From Adineta vaga (lineage: Eukaryota > Animalia > Rotifera), in assembly GCA_021613535.1 (NCBI GenBank), contig CP075497.1, positions 4,154,001-4,218,000 of the forward strand: DNA of 64,000 bases. The letters are read 5' to 3'. The notes beneath the pieces are model-generated. The model worked only from the letters and a program-made list of their open reading frames with translations. It did not search any database and was not told where the DNA came from. This document shows, one piece after another, positions 1 through 11,587 of the stretch. A program made the position numbers and the translations under genes. The stretch's first letter is position 1. Each line of letters opens with the position of its first letter.

Positions 1-279
1 TAAATCTCCACAACGGATTCTTTTAATAATTCCACGTGCTGTCCATGTATCCATATCAAAGAGTTTCTCCTTGACTGTATAGTATTGATTTCCTGCAACT
101 GAAATTAGATTACTTTGAAGCTTAGTACTCGATGGTGTAAGCCAGCCAATCTTGCATTTAATAGCAGAATTTCGCGAATTATAGATAACAGCTGAATAGA
201 CATCAGTTGGTGAAGGTAATGTTGAGATTGTTGATGAAAATAATAAGATACAAAGAGAAAAATAGATTATCGTCGACAT
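1..279 (-). CDS. Small secreted protein of unknown family, 5' part (runs off the window edge)
   Basis: ATG at 279 opens 93 stop-free codons to position 1: MSTIIYFSLCILLFSSTISTLPSPTDVYSAVIYNSRNSAIKCKIGWLTP...RIRCGDL. Hydrophobic signal-peptide-like N-terminus; TATAAAA-like element at ~325-335. Confidence 0.7.
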   Translation of the reverse strand, partial: MSTIIYFSLCILLFSSTISTLPSPTDVYSAVIYNSRNSAIKCKIGWLTPSSTKLQSNLISVAGNQYYTVKEKLFDMDTWTARGIIKRIRCGDL

Positions 280-426
280 TATTTCAGATCTAGAACAAAA
301 CGAAACGGATAATTTTCTAACAGCTTTTTTTTATACATGGTGATGATCGACCATGTTGTTTTGATAATTTATTGTTATTTCATGAACAAAGACTAGAAAC
401 AAATTAATCTACTGTTCGTATTACTA

Positions 427-1428
427 CTATTGCTTCACAAATTTTTGTAATTTTTCAAGTAAACCAATATATTGTCGATGTTCATAAGCAGTAGAGAAAT
501 CGGTAAGTTGATTGGCAAATTCTAAAAGATGAGATAAAATTCATTTCTAATTGATCAGAAGAATAAAAATATGCTTCTTTTCTTTTTTATCAAATTAATC
601 TTTTTGCTATAGAATTTCTGAGACAAAAAAAAGACAATCGAAACAAACCTTCACCAATGCCATGTTCTTCAAGTAAATTGAGTAATTTATCATAAAGTTC
701 ACCATCAATCACTGAACAATCTGAACTATATATCGTTTCATTCCATTCTCCATCATGAATTGTAAATTCATCAATTTGAAAATCTTCTAAGAAATTATCT
801 GGAGCATCACTTTCTTGTTCGTTATTCATTCCAGGAGTTTGATCACGTGCATTAGGATAATCATTTGGTAAATATGAACAAATAAATGATAATATTTGAT
901 TATCACGATTTATATCGACAGTAAATGTTGGTCGAGATTTTAATTGTGTTGTCGCATCATCTGATTTTTGTTCGGATTCTGTAGGATTTAAATCGGATTC
1001 TTGATCAGATTCATTTGCATTCACCGTATTTGTTACATTGAATTTCACAGTAACTTTATCTTTACCCGCTTGACGAGTTAAGGTTACTTCTGGACCATCA
1101 GTTTGTACCTGAAAAATAATTAATGGATGAGAAATAAGAATCAGAAGAGAAAAATATTAACTTGAAAATTTGAAATATCTGGTAAATTGCTTGGATGTTT
1201 TTGAGCTGTTTTTTCTAATTTAATTTCTTTTTGAAGAAATGTATCCAGATCACGATAAGCATTATCATTCGTTTGTAACGATGAAAATGTTCGAATTGGA
1301 AGAGAACGTTGAATTATTGCTAATGATCGATGTGAATTTTGAATTGAAGAATATAAACGTTGATTTATATTCGTAGTTGTAAGTTTAGCTAATTGAAATA
1401 AATTTCGTGTAACACAACGAAACGCCAT
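427..1428 (-). CDS. C1QBP: C1QBP/p32 (MAM33 family) mitochondrial matrix acidic protein, 3 exons
   Basis: Basic Ser-rich presequence MAFRCVTRNLFQLAKL, then FLQKEIKLEK, RPTFTVDI, YSSDCSVIDGELYDKLLNLLEEHGI and a last exon ending FSTAYEHRQYIGLLEKLQKFVKQ*. These match MAM33/p32 motifs. Confidence 0.9.
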
Positions 1429-2246
1429 TTGGAAATAATCTTTAGGATAGAATAGAATAGAACTAAACTTGAGTAAGAGTAATATATCAGTTTGCTTTAG
1501 ATTTAGAGCAATCAATTTTTATTATTCAATACGTATGTGTTACATCAGAGAGGTCTGAAATAGATGGCGTTATTAGCTTTTAGATTTTGGTGTCGCTTAT
1601 ATACATTCGTACAATTCAAATGATTTCATCGTTTCATTTCATTGTTTGAATCAAATAATGATTGATTTGCATTAAAAGACTTCGAATCGAATATAAAATT
1701 TTATTTATGTGTTACCACATTTTGTCTACCATCCGATCAGATATTTAAATAGCTAAGAAAATTCTACAATTGATGAAGTGATTTTAAAGAATAGATGTAC
1801 AAAATATATTCTCAAATTAGAAAGAAACCTATGCTAATGTTAGTTAGAGTGCTTTACTCTAGCCTTGATTCAAGTAGTATTCTAATAATTTCGAGGTTAA
1901 AAATCGTCAAAACTTAGTCCATTCATGCATAGATTTTAGTTTCCTTGGAAGAATTCTTTTACTTTTATTGATATCTACAGGTCTTTTATTTTCTCATATG
2001 CATTTCCAACTATACTGAAACTAACCTAACATAGTGTAAAGAGATCAGATATACATTCCTTTCTCAGACTCCGAATATATCATACATAAATATACAATAG
2101 AGGGCGCTAAGAGAAGAAAAATCATTGGTTTTTCTATTGTTTATTTTCCCGTTGATTCATTTATTTTCCAACGAGTAATAACCGGAGCACTTTACGATTA
2201 CGAACAATTTTCTTTTAGATAAGACAAGTACAATTCACTGCAAACT

Positions 2247-3164
2247 ATGTATAGGAATATTTGAATCAAATAGAAATATATGATAAAATTTTCTTTTTCA
2301 GGGCTACTGTTCATCCATCAGTGAAATGGGGTCAAAAGAAGGATCATATTTTATTAACAATTGCTGTTCAAGATATTGACAAACCAGAAATTAATATTGA
2401 ATCAACAAAACTTCATTTCAAGTAGAAAATAACCTTATTTTTCTTTGATAAAGTCACGTTTTTATATTTTTCTTGTAGAGGTCAACAAACAAAAGGATTA
2501 ACATACGATGTTACATTAGAATTTTTTGATGAAATAGATCCACAAGTATGTTAAATGTATTTTTTACCATCAACTCACACATAACTCTCTCAATTTTAAA
2601 TTTCTCTATGAAAATTGTTTTAATTTTATATAGACATCAAAATATTGTAAAATTAGCCAAAATCATTGGGAATTTATGTTAAAAAAGAAAAATCCATCTA
2701 AACCATTCTGGAAACGATTGATTAAATCAACTGACAAGGTATGTGAAACTCATATCTTTATATAGATTGAATCTGATTCTTCCTTTTTCTATGGTTTTAG
2801 TACCAATGGATTGCTGTCGATTGGAATCATTTTACAGCTGAAGGTAAATTTAATGATCTTAGAATTGAAATTCTATTTTCTTTATCCTTAGGCGATGATG
2901 ACGATGAAATCGAGGGTGCTGATGGTAAAAATTGGGGCGATTTAGGTAATTTCAACTGTTTAAAAATAAAATATCATTCATAAATATATATTTTTAGATG
3001 GTATGTTTAAACAAATGGGTGGCGGCTTAGGAGGTTCATCGGCCACTGACATGAATGATCTTGAAGGTGAAGAAAGCGATAGTGACGATGAACCAATGCC
3101 TGATCTTGAAGAGGCACCAGAAGCAAACGATGACAAAGTCAAATCAAATCAAGAAACGAAATAA
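2247..3164 (+). CDS. PTGES3: p23 Hsp90 co-chaperone (prostaglandin E synthase 3-like), multi-exon
   Basis: Spliced product MATVHPSVKWGQKKDHILLTIAVQD...FWKRLIK...YQWIAVDWNHF with an acidic tail DSDDEPMPDLE. The start codon is split AT|intron|G (2247-2248 plus 2302). Confidence 0.9.
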
Positions 3165-3855
3165 ATAATCCCGTTTTTTCAAATTACATACATACGCTTA
3201 CATACGTTTATTCAAGAGAAAAACTTGTCAAATACTTTGTGTATTCTCATGTTTATCAAAACAATTGTTGTCATGCTTTTCTTTTTTTTTCATTGTTCAT
3301 TTTGTATTTGCTTTCCAGTCAATGTTTTAATGCGAAAAAGCGTGTGTGTTGTGGTTTCTCATCTATGATGGTAAAATAAAACTGTAAAAAATCACATTAT
3401 CTTTAGTTTTTCTTTCATTGAGATCTACGAGTGAATGTAATACGAACATTCAAATATGATGATATATGAAAACTCCTCTACTTGTTTTAGACTCTTGCTT
3501 CGAAATAGACATGTTCAAAACAAACATAAACCAGACCAAATATGTATTGGTGACAATATTCAAACACATTTTGATTTACAAGTGGCATTACTTATCTATA
3601 TCAATCATAAAATAAGTGAGTACCGATGTTTCTTTTTTAGACACTAAAAAATAACTCAAGTTCAATATACTTCGTGATTTGAATCGTCATTATAAATTAT
3701 CATTCATAGTAAATGCTTATATGTTAAGTTATACTTGTATAGAATGAATATAGATTTTGCATGTATATTTCTTTTCGAAGTAGTTTTGAGAATAGTCTTT
3801 TTTTATTACACACAGAAAAACGAATACTGTTCATTGACATCCAAAACAAACGGAA

Positions 3856-4958
3856 TTACGTTAGAAAAAGATCACCTTTCTTAAGTTTTTGAATTCGATC
3901 TAATAATTTTAATCGAGGTCCCAATTGCATTTGAAAAATAGTGACTAAATGTTCATCTTCTAAAAGTAGAAGTGCCGCTCCATCGATAAGATGTTCTTGT
4001 ATTAAAGATGCATAACAACTTTTTCCGAGAACACGTTCGAAAAATGAACATACATCATCGAGCTAAATAAACAAAGAAAGAAAAGAAATGCTTGTCCAGA
4101 TCATATATTTTCACGATAGGGAATCGAATATTTACTAACTAGTATAAGACTAGATGGATCTATCTTTCAGATGAGTTTTAACTGAAAATCTGTTATCTGT
4201 GATGATTGATTTTTCATTAGTGTTTCATAAATGGGAACAATGACAATGTACTTCGAAGAAGTATCAGATGATTTTTAGTCCTTTTTATCTGAGAGTCAAT
4301 CTTAAAAAGCAAAAGCTTACTGTCCATTGGTCGACATTCGATGAAAGAGGTGGACGAGAAATGATAGATTCGTTGGAGATAATTTTCTTTTCTTGCTTAA
4401 TAATTTGTTCGTTTTCTTTTCTTTGAAATGGTTTGGGACTCTCTCGTATTATCCAATCATCAATAAGATGTGTTATGACTGTATCCTTTGATTTATGCTC
4501 ATATATATTCTGTTCTTGATGATTTTGCATGATATGAACTAAAGTTGATGATGTTGACTTTGTTGTCTGACAATATTCCGTCGGACACACATTCAATGGA
4601 ACCAGTGTAGTCGTCACACGAGGAGTACCTTAAATTTTTTCATAGTTAGATAATCGAGATCTTTTCGTACGTACTAAATGGTTTATACGATGGATAGATT
4701 GGTACATTCTAGAGAGAAAAAGAAGTTAAACATAATTCTACTGGAATTCAAAGGCAAGTGTAACCTGTTGTGACTGATTGATCAAAGACGATTTACCTTC
4801 TAGAAGAAGAAGAAGAAGAATTATTGAGAGCATATGATTCGATTGAGAAAATATATACCTGATGGTGTCGAAGTATCGATTGGGAAAAGATTGGTATTAG
4901 TAAACGGTACTATTGGATTGAATGAAGTTAGTTGCGCATTTGTCCACATTGTCTGCAT
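3856..4958 (-). CDS. Short Polyhomeotic-like protein (HD1 motif plus C-terminal SAM domain)
   Basis: VITHLIDDWIIRESPKPF resembles the Ph HD1 motif. The last exon (WT)LDDVCSFF...IQEHLIDGAALLLLEDEHLVTIFQMQLGPRLKLLDRIQKLK is a Ph/Scm-type SAM domain. The start codon is uncertain. Confidence 0.75.
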
Positions 4959-7175
4959 AGGAATGATCTTAATCAAAGATTTTCGATAGTTAATCAATAT
5001 CAATCACATCTATTTTTCAGTCTCATAGATCTATATTAAAAAAGCTGAATATCTTCGTCTCTACAAGAGTCAAGCTTTTCTAATAGATGTTTTCACTGAG
5101 CAGCAATTTACCTGATACGTATTAAGAGAAGTTGGAATCGCAACTGAATTCTTCGATAAACTAACTATATGATTGTTCGGTCGGCGAATAAGTTTGATAG
5201 GTTTCTAAATAAAGTGGAGTCAAATTGTGAAAACATGATCATGTATAGCAATACCAGTATTTTGTTCTTTTTTGGTGATGATGGCATGAAAAATAAAGGT
5301 GACGCTGTATTATTTGATATTTTCATGTCTTCTTTTTCACTATGTTCTTCTTTACGTACTTGATTGAATGGTAACAGACAACGGAGAAAGTTTGTATGAA
5401 TAGTGAAATGACTCTTTTTCTTCTTCGCGATAGAGAAATGTGGCGAGCGAGAGAAGGAAAAAAAACGTTTTTTTGCGCTTTTTCTCTCTTTTGTCGCTTC
5501 TTTTTTTTTCTCCTTCTTCTCCTGTTAATGGTTGTAGCGATGTCTGTTAGATGAATTTCTTTTTTTCTCTCGATCAATATCCAATCGGAACGAAAGAAAA
5601 GAGAGGAAAGAGACGAGAGAAGAAGAAGAAGAGAGTAAAAAACACTTTTCCTTTTATTTTTTTCTTCTTCCATGATTCATCCAATCAGAACGACAGTGCA
5701 ATCCTCCGCATCGAAGCTCTTTTGTAACCATCTGACATCTATTGATGCTATTTTAATATATAAAATATACATATAAATCAATAACTTTATTCTTTCGTGT
5801 TCTGCTATGATTTTTTCCATGTGCAAGTCAAAGATCGGTCACACTCTCTTATCTCGTCACCTTCGGGTTCTTGACTCATATAATGGAAAACTTTTGTAAG
5901 ACTTGTGCAATTAAATATTGCGTCTATCGATTAACTATAGATAACCTTGAATTAAAATAGCAAAATACTTCTTATTCATCACTGATAAATATGTCAATTT
6001 CAATTTCATTCAAAGGACGTATTCCGCCAACGATAATATTATATTTTTTTCACTTGAAGATAGATGTTTGTTCTTATCTAAATCAACAATCTTATTTTCT
6101 ATTACAACTAGTTTCATCATCCACATTTACATATTTTATATCTGATATAATAATTTTTTGAAAGAAAAAAGAATTTGAAGTATCAGGTTTACTGTAGCCA
6201 GCAACTATCGTTATCATTATTTGTCTTTTATACCATATAATTTGACTTCGTCTTATTTTTTTGCAAGCAACGAAAACCTGAGAGAAAGTAAATAAACATC
6301 TTCGACAATTTTGTTGTTGTTGTTGTTGCTACTCTGTTAGTCTTTCATAAAAGAGTTTCTTTTTTCGTTGATCATAAGTGTATACGGTGGACTGAAAAAG
6401 AGTTCTATTTTTATGAATTCAATGTCAAGGTCAGATTCGAAATTGGTATTGATAATGAAAGAAATAAAAAACATACAAATACGAACAGCTTATTAATGTT
6501 TAGTAATGAGGGGGGAAAAGAGATATGTTTTCTTTTCAGCATGATTAAATCGTATATTACACGTATGTATTTTGGCATAATTGGAGAAGCTTTAGGTTCT
6601 TTTTATTTGATATAGACGAGAAAATATTTGATGTTGTTGCCTAGATATATCCGTCAATATTATTTGAGATAGTGAGTGAATAACAACATTTATTTAAAAA
6701 AAATGAACATAGACGTGGCGAGTGACACGTCAATATAGTAGTGCTCATTCGAAATGGCTCTTAGTCATTTGTTTTTTTGGGCGAGAAAAAAGTAAAGTAA
6801 AAGGTAAATCATGATGGATAAAGATGAAATATTTTACTAGAAGATTCTATGTCTCTGCCGGGCTAACATATTCGTTTCAGTTTTTCTATATTTGGTAAGA
6901 AAAATAAAGCAAATAGAGGTTTTTTTTCGTTTAAACGTCATTTTTATTATTTATTGGGGCTCGACATTATGCATCATGATGATAATTTCGGGGGTAAGTA
7001 GAGAAATGAGATTCATTTACTTTCTTGTTTCTAAGAGGTTTATGTACATTGACAACACGATCGTCTCTCTCGTCGTCATTTCTTAACTTGTTTTACATTA
7101 TCCTTTGACTCACAATGATGTCATTTGAAAGGAAAGGAAAAAACAACAGAGAAAAGAGAATGGTGGGAGACATGC

Positions 7176-7185
7176 TATATAAAAG
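7176..7185 (+). promoter_or_regulatory. Candidate TATA box of a distal promoter for the bZIP gene
   Basis: TATATAAAAG followed by an Inr-like GCAGTT at ~7200 and a donor-like gtaaga at 7401. Confidence 0.35.
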
Positions 7186-8315
7186 GACGATACGACACTG
7201 CAGTTGTTCTCCTCTCGTTTTTACTTACCTACGATCGAGAAAGGAAACCAGTTTTACAATACGATCCGTCACAGCACTCAATTTCATGAACAAATATTTG
7301 CAACACATTCATATATAGACTTTTTTTCTCTATATTGAAGCCAATCTGATCCTAGTTGCTGTACGTTACGTTTGCAGTTTTATCATTCCGAAACATTCCT
7401 GTAAGAAAATGTCTAAAAATTTTTCCCACTAAATGAAAATTGTTTTTGATAATTTATTTATATACTCAATCGAGTACATAGCTCCTTTTCTTCTTGCATG
7501 CACTCTTTTTTTAGAGGAAAAAAAAATTAAGAATACGTGAGAGTTGCTCTACATTTTGTTACTGCGCTATACGATGCAATTATACTGTCGTCAGCTACTT
7601 TCTTTTTCTACAAGAATACGTCAACATTTTTTCTTTCTTCCCTTCGACTTCCTAAAAAGAAAATTTTAAAAATTGTTTTTCTCGTTTTATTTTACACTCT
7701 ATTTCATAGTGGTGATTTGAAGCAGTCATGCGAAACCTTATTTGACATTAGGCTATCCTCATTTTTGCGTCGCAACAGGTTAATGCTTTGTTTTTTCGTA
7801 CTTCTGTTTTAATGCGAAAATGAAATGAAAAGAGCAACAACAAATATTTTTTGTTATTGTTCTGTGTTTTATTAGTGACATTTTTTTTTCTCATTGAAAA
7901 CATAAATGACATGAATAACATTTTCAAATTCTTGTCGAAAGAAAAAATAATCTTATCGTATTATTTTATTTTACAGATTTAGAAAAGAAAAGAGTTAAAG
8001 AATGTTTTTTCTTTAATTGTCGTCATCAACTAACAAAATCACATTCGAACGAGCCAAAAGAAAGATTGTGGTTGATATAAACATATGCGTTATATAAGTG
8101 AGCATTCATCAAGAAAAACAGAACATTACTAAAGATTCTGCCATCAACATTATCATCAGTGCATTATCATTCTTAAACAACAACATCAACAACTACGTCA
8201 ACGAAGTTTGTGTGTGACGAAAGAAGACGTGACAAAAAAAAGCATTTAAGAAAAGAAAACAGAAAGAAAAATATCTGGTGTGATATATACTACTACTAGT
8301 TTCATTAACTCGGGT

Positions 8316-8588
8316 ATGTTTCATAGTGGAGAGGAGCACAATCGCATTGTCGAGCATCTTGACGAATTACAGCATTCATATGGATCAACAGCAACAACAG
8401 CAAATTCAACAACAAACACATTCGAACTTGGTCATATCACCTCATCTGATTTTGACTCGATCGGATTCGACCTCGAGTGTGATTTTGGACGACGAAATTC
8501 ATGGACAGCAAGTCCATCTACCTGCAACTCTGGTAGTGAACGGCAGTACTTCACTACGTTCGCTCCTGAAGACAAGTGGCCTATTTAA
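8316..8588 (+). CDS. 90-aa upstream ORF in the first coding exon of the bZIP gene
   Basis: ATG 8316 to TAA 8588 encodes MFHSGEEHNRIVEHLDELQHSYG...GRRNSWTASPST...FAPEDKWPI*. Codon usage resembles real genes in this window, unlike the overlapping +1 frame. Confidence 0.6.
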   Translation: MFHSGEEHNRIVEHLDELQHSYGSTATTANSTTNTFELGHITSSDFDSIGFDLECDFGRRNSWTASPSTCNSGSERQYFTTFAPEDKWPI

Positions 8589-8663
8589 CGAAGGTTTGTA
8601 AAATGATGAAAAGAGAAAAATATTTCCTCATAACTATACTTCTGTTTTTTCTCTCTTTCAGAT

Positions 8664-9747
8664 ATGGAATCGTCTGACAAAATAAATGAGTTCTTTGCAA
8701 ATGGTACTGAATTTACTCTTCATCGTCTTTTAAGTGATTTTGGTGTTAATGATATGAATATCGATATGAATGACTTAGTCAAATTCGATCCAATGAAATT
8801 ACTTGATACACGTTGTTTTAGTGAATTTGTAAGGATGATATTATTTTCTTTTCTTTTTATCTAAATTATTCATTTTCATTTCTAGTTACAATGTGATTCA
8901 TTCGAAGAAGTTAACACACAGACGGATATTCACTCAGATCACCAAGATAGTATTCCACCATCTGCAATAGCTTGTTCGTCAGACTCATTCTCCACACTTT
9001 GCCCACTATCATTAGAACTTCCAACTAAAGAAGAGTTCTGTTTTGATAACAATCAATTAAAAACTGAACCTGAACATCCATTGGTTTATACTGAATTAAA
9101 TTCACTTGATAATGTTGTCTTAACACCATCAACATCAACTGCTATGTCTCATGAATTTAACTTTGATCCTACTGCTTTAGCTGCTATTGAACATGATTAT
9201 GGTTATTTAGCACAACGAACAACTGTTGTTGATACACCATCACCATCACCAACAGTTTCTAAACGAACAGTAATGCGCGAAAGTCGTCGAACATCTTCTC
9301 GACTTCAATCTCGTGCTACATTAATTGATTTTAAAAAAATCTTAGAAGATGAATCATATTCATCACCCATGGTATCTCCAAATAGTTCGATATCATCGAG
9401 ACGAACAAAACGTTCACGACATATCAATCGTGCAACAGATATCGAAACTGAAGATGACTTATCCTATTATTTGGAAAGACGTCGAAAAAATAATGAAGCA
9501 TCAAAAATGTCACGTGCAGCACGAAAACAAAAATTTGGTAATATGGATTCTCGATGGTAAAAGAAAAAACTTAATAAATTTATTAAAAAATATTTTCTTT
9601 TTCTTATCTATTATTAGCTTTGAATATGAACGTGTCAATGCTGAACTTCGTTTGAAAATTGCCACACTCGAAGTTGTTACAGCGAATTTGAAAGATGGTC
9701 TTATTCATACATTTCAACGTAAAGGTGGTGTTACTACAAAATGTTAA
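8664..9747 (+). CDS. bZIP transcription factor (PAR/C-EBP-type basic region); frame extends upstream via intron 8594-8661 to ATG 8380
   Basis: Basic region YYLERRRKNNEASKMSRAARKQK and spliced zipper CFEYERVNAELRLKIATLEVVTANLKDGL. Introns after 8828 and 9557 preserve the frame. Confidence 0.88.
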
Positions 9748-9946
9748 TTATATACGTACACCTATGTGGCTATATTCTCTTTTTCTTCCCTCTATCGACT
9801 TTTCATTTGTATCTGTCAAATATTTCACCATATACATATTTTCTACACTTCAGTGAGCATCCTTTCACTTCCTTTTCCGAGTGATCGCTTTTTTTCGTGT
9901 TTATGTTTAGTCGAGAGGCAGAAAAATTGTATTCTGATAGTAGGCA

Positions 9947-9976
9947 ATATATATATACATATATATATATATATAT
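9947..9976. repeat. (TA)n microsatellite in the bZIP 3' region
   Basis: Interrupted atatatat run read directly from the sequence. Confidence 0.85.
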
Positions 9977-10492
9977 GAACATTTCTCCCTATGATACTAT
10001 CAGACTCACATGTATGTGTGCGTGTGTGTTGTTCTATTTTTATTTTGTATTGAAAAAATTGGAACAAAAGAGAAAAAAAACTCAAAAAAGTAGAAAAGTA
10101 GACAAAAAAAAGTGTTTTTTTTTGTTTCTTCTTTGTTTTTCTTGCTTTTCGTTTTTTTCTTCTAAACTCGATTTATCGAGAAAAAAAACAAACGATAAAA
10201 TATTTCTCTGTCTTTGCATTTGTGATATTGTTTCTTCGCTCTTTTGATATTGTCATTAACTGTTGTAGTTTTATTTTTTTTCTCACTACTATTTCAATGT
10301 GATCAGAGCAAGTATGATAAAGAGATATGTTATAATTTCTTCATCGAATATCACCAGGTGAAAAATCGATAAAATAAATCAAATATCTTTGAATATTCTT
10401 TTCTTTATGCTATTCATAATCTGTCATTTGGATGAAATAAACAAAAGCAGAATTGAAATATTTGAAAGAAAACATCGAAGTTTTTCTTTTAG

Positions 10493-10864
10493 ATGAGTTC
10501 TGTTGAAAAAGATATTATTCATGATCATATCTATTTATCGAATATTCCGATTGAAAAAGATTGTAATCAAGCAGAAGCATCTTCAGATACTCGACGACAA
10601 CGAATCATTCGAAAAAAATGCGATATTGAAACAGACGAAGATCGACAAGCTTATTTTCGACGACGTACATTAAACAATGCATCCTGTCGAATATCTCGTA
10701 TTCATCGTCAAGCAAAATTTGATTTAATGTTCAAGAAATGTGCTGAATATGACGATTTAAATAGGAAATTAATTCGACAAGAATTAATTTTATTTCAAGT
10801 TATTAATCAATTAAAAGAACATCTACGAACCTTAGTTTCAAACAATACCAAATACAATGAATGA
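10493..10864 (+). CDS. Divergent bZIP protein, probable tandem paralog
   Basis: DIETDEDRQAYFRRRTLNNASCRISRIHRQAKF aligns with DIETEDDLSYYLERRRKNNEASKMSRAARKQKF of the upstream gene, followed by a leucine heptad. An acceptor-like ttttag precedes the ATG. Confidence 0.8.
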   Translation: MSSVEKDIIHDHIYLSNIPIEKDCNQAEASSDTRRQRIIRKKCDIETDEDRQAYFRRRTLNNASCRISRIHRQAKFDLMFKKCAEYDDLNRKLIRQELILFQVINQLKEHLRTLVSNNTKYNE

Positions 10865-11274
10865 CATATCAGATGTACATATCAAAACGTCCTTTTTATT
10901 ATTATTATTTGATTTAATCAGAAGAACAAAGAGAATACATAATCAAGTCGGACAATCGGTCAACTTGTCTGTCTCATGGGAGTATGGCATGTTGATAGTA
11001 TGACTCTAGTTCTATTTTACTCTTAAATGATGTACATGTTGTTACTTTTTTGTTTTGTTTTATTCGATATAAAAATGATAGATTATATTCAACTGACTTT
11101 TCTTTGGCTAATAAAGCAATGTTTAAAATACCCGATGAATGAATATGATAAATAGGGGTGATTGAGTCAAGCAAATGAGACGATTGTATATATGCAAATT
11201 TTCAATTTCCTTTCTCTTTTTCTCTCTCTCTTTTGCCTTTGAAATGGACACTTTCGTCTATGGTCTAGGTCGTC

Positions 11275-11300
11275 TGGCTGGTTGGCTGGCTGGCTGGCTG
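11275..11300. repeat. (TGGC)n tetranucleotide repeat upstream of the nuclear receptor
   Basis: tggctggttggctggctggctggctg. Confidence 0.8.
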
Positions 11301-11587
11301 ACTGCCTGGTCTGTGCTTGATTTTCTCTCTTGTGTGTTTATGATCGCTTCTTTCTCTCTCATCTATGTATATACAAAACGAGTATATGTATGTGTGCGAA
11401 CGCATTACTCATGCGATGTTTTGTACTGATACGAGCAGTGAGAAAAGAAAAATCAGAGAAAGAGAAAGAAAAATCAGAGTTAAGAAGAGAATAAGGCCAC
11501 TATATTCTTTGTTGAGATGTATACATATCCATCTATGATTTGATGAAACATCTGATCTTCTAACTCATTGATTCATTCTGCTCTGAT

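Noticed and set aside
5169-5673. ORFs with poly-R/K and poly-L runs
   Set aside because: They derive from purine/pyrimidine tracts in the promoter/UTR of the Ph-like gene.
8555-8575. GC-TCC-TGA resembling the antizyme frameshift site
   Set aside because: It lies in the third frame, used by neither ORF, and no antizyme domain follows.
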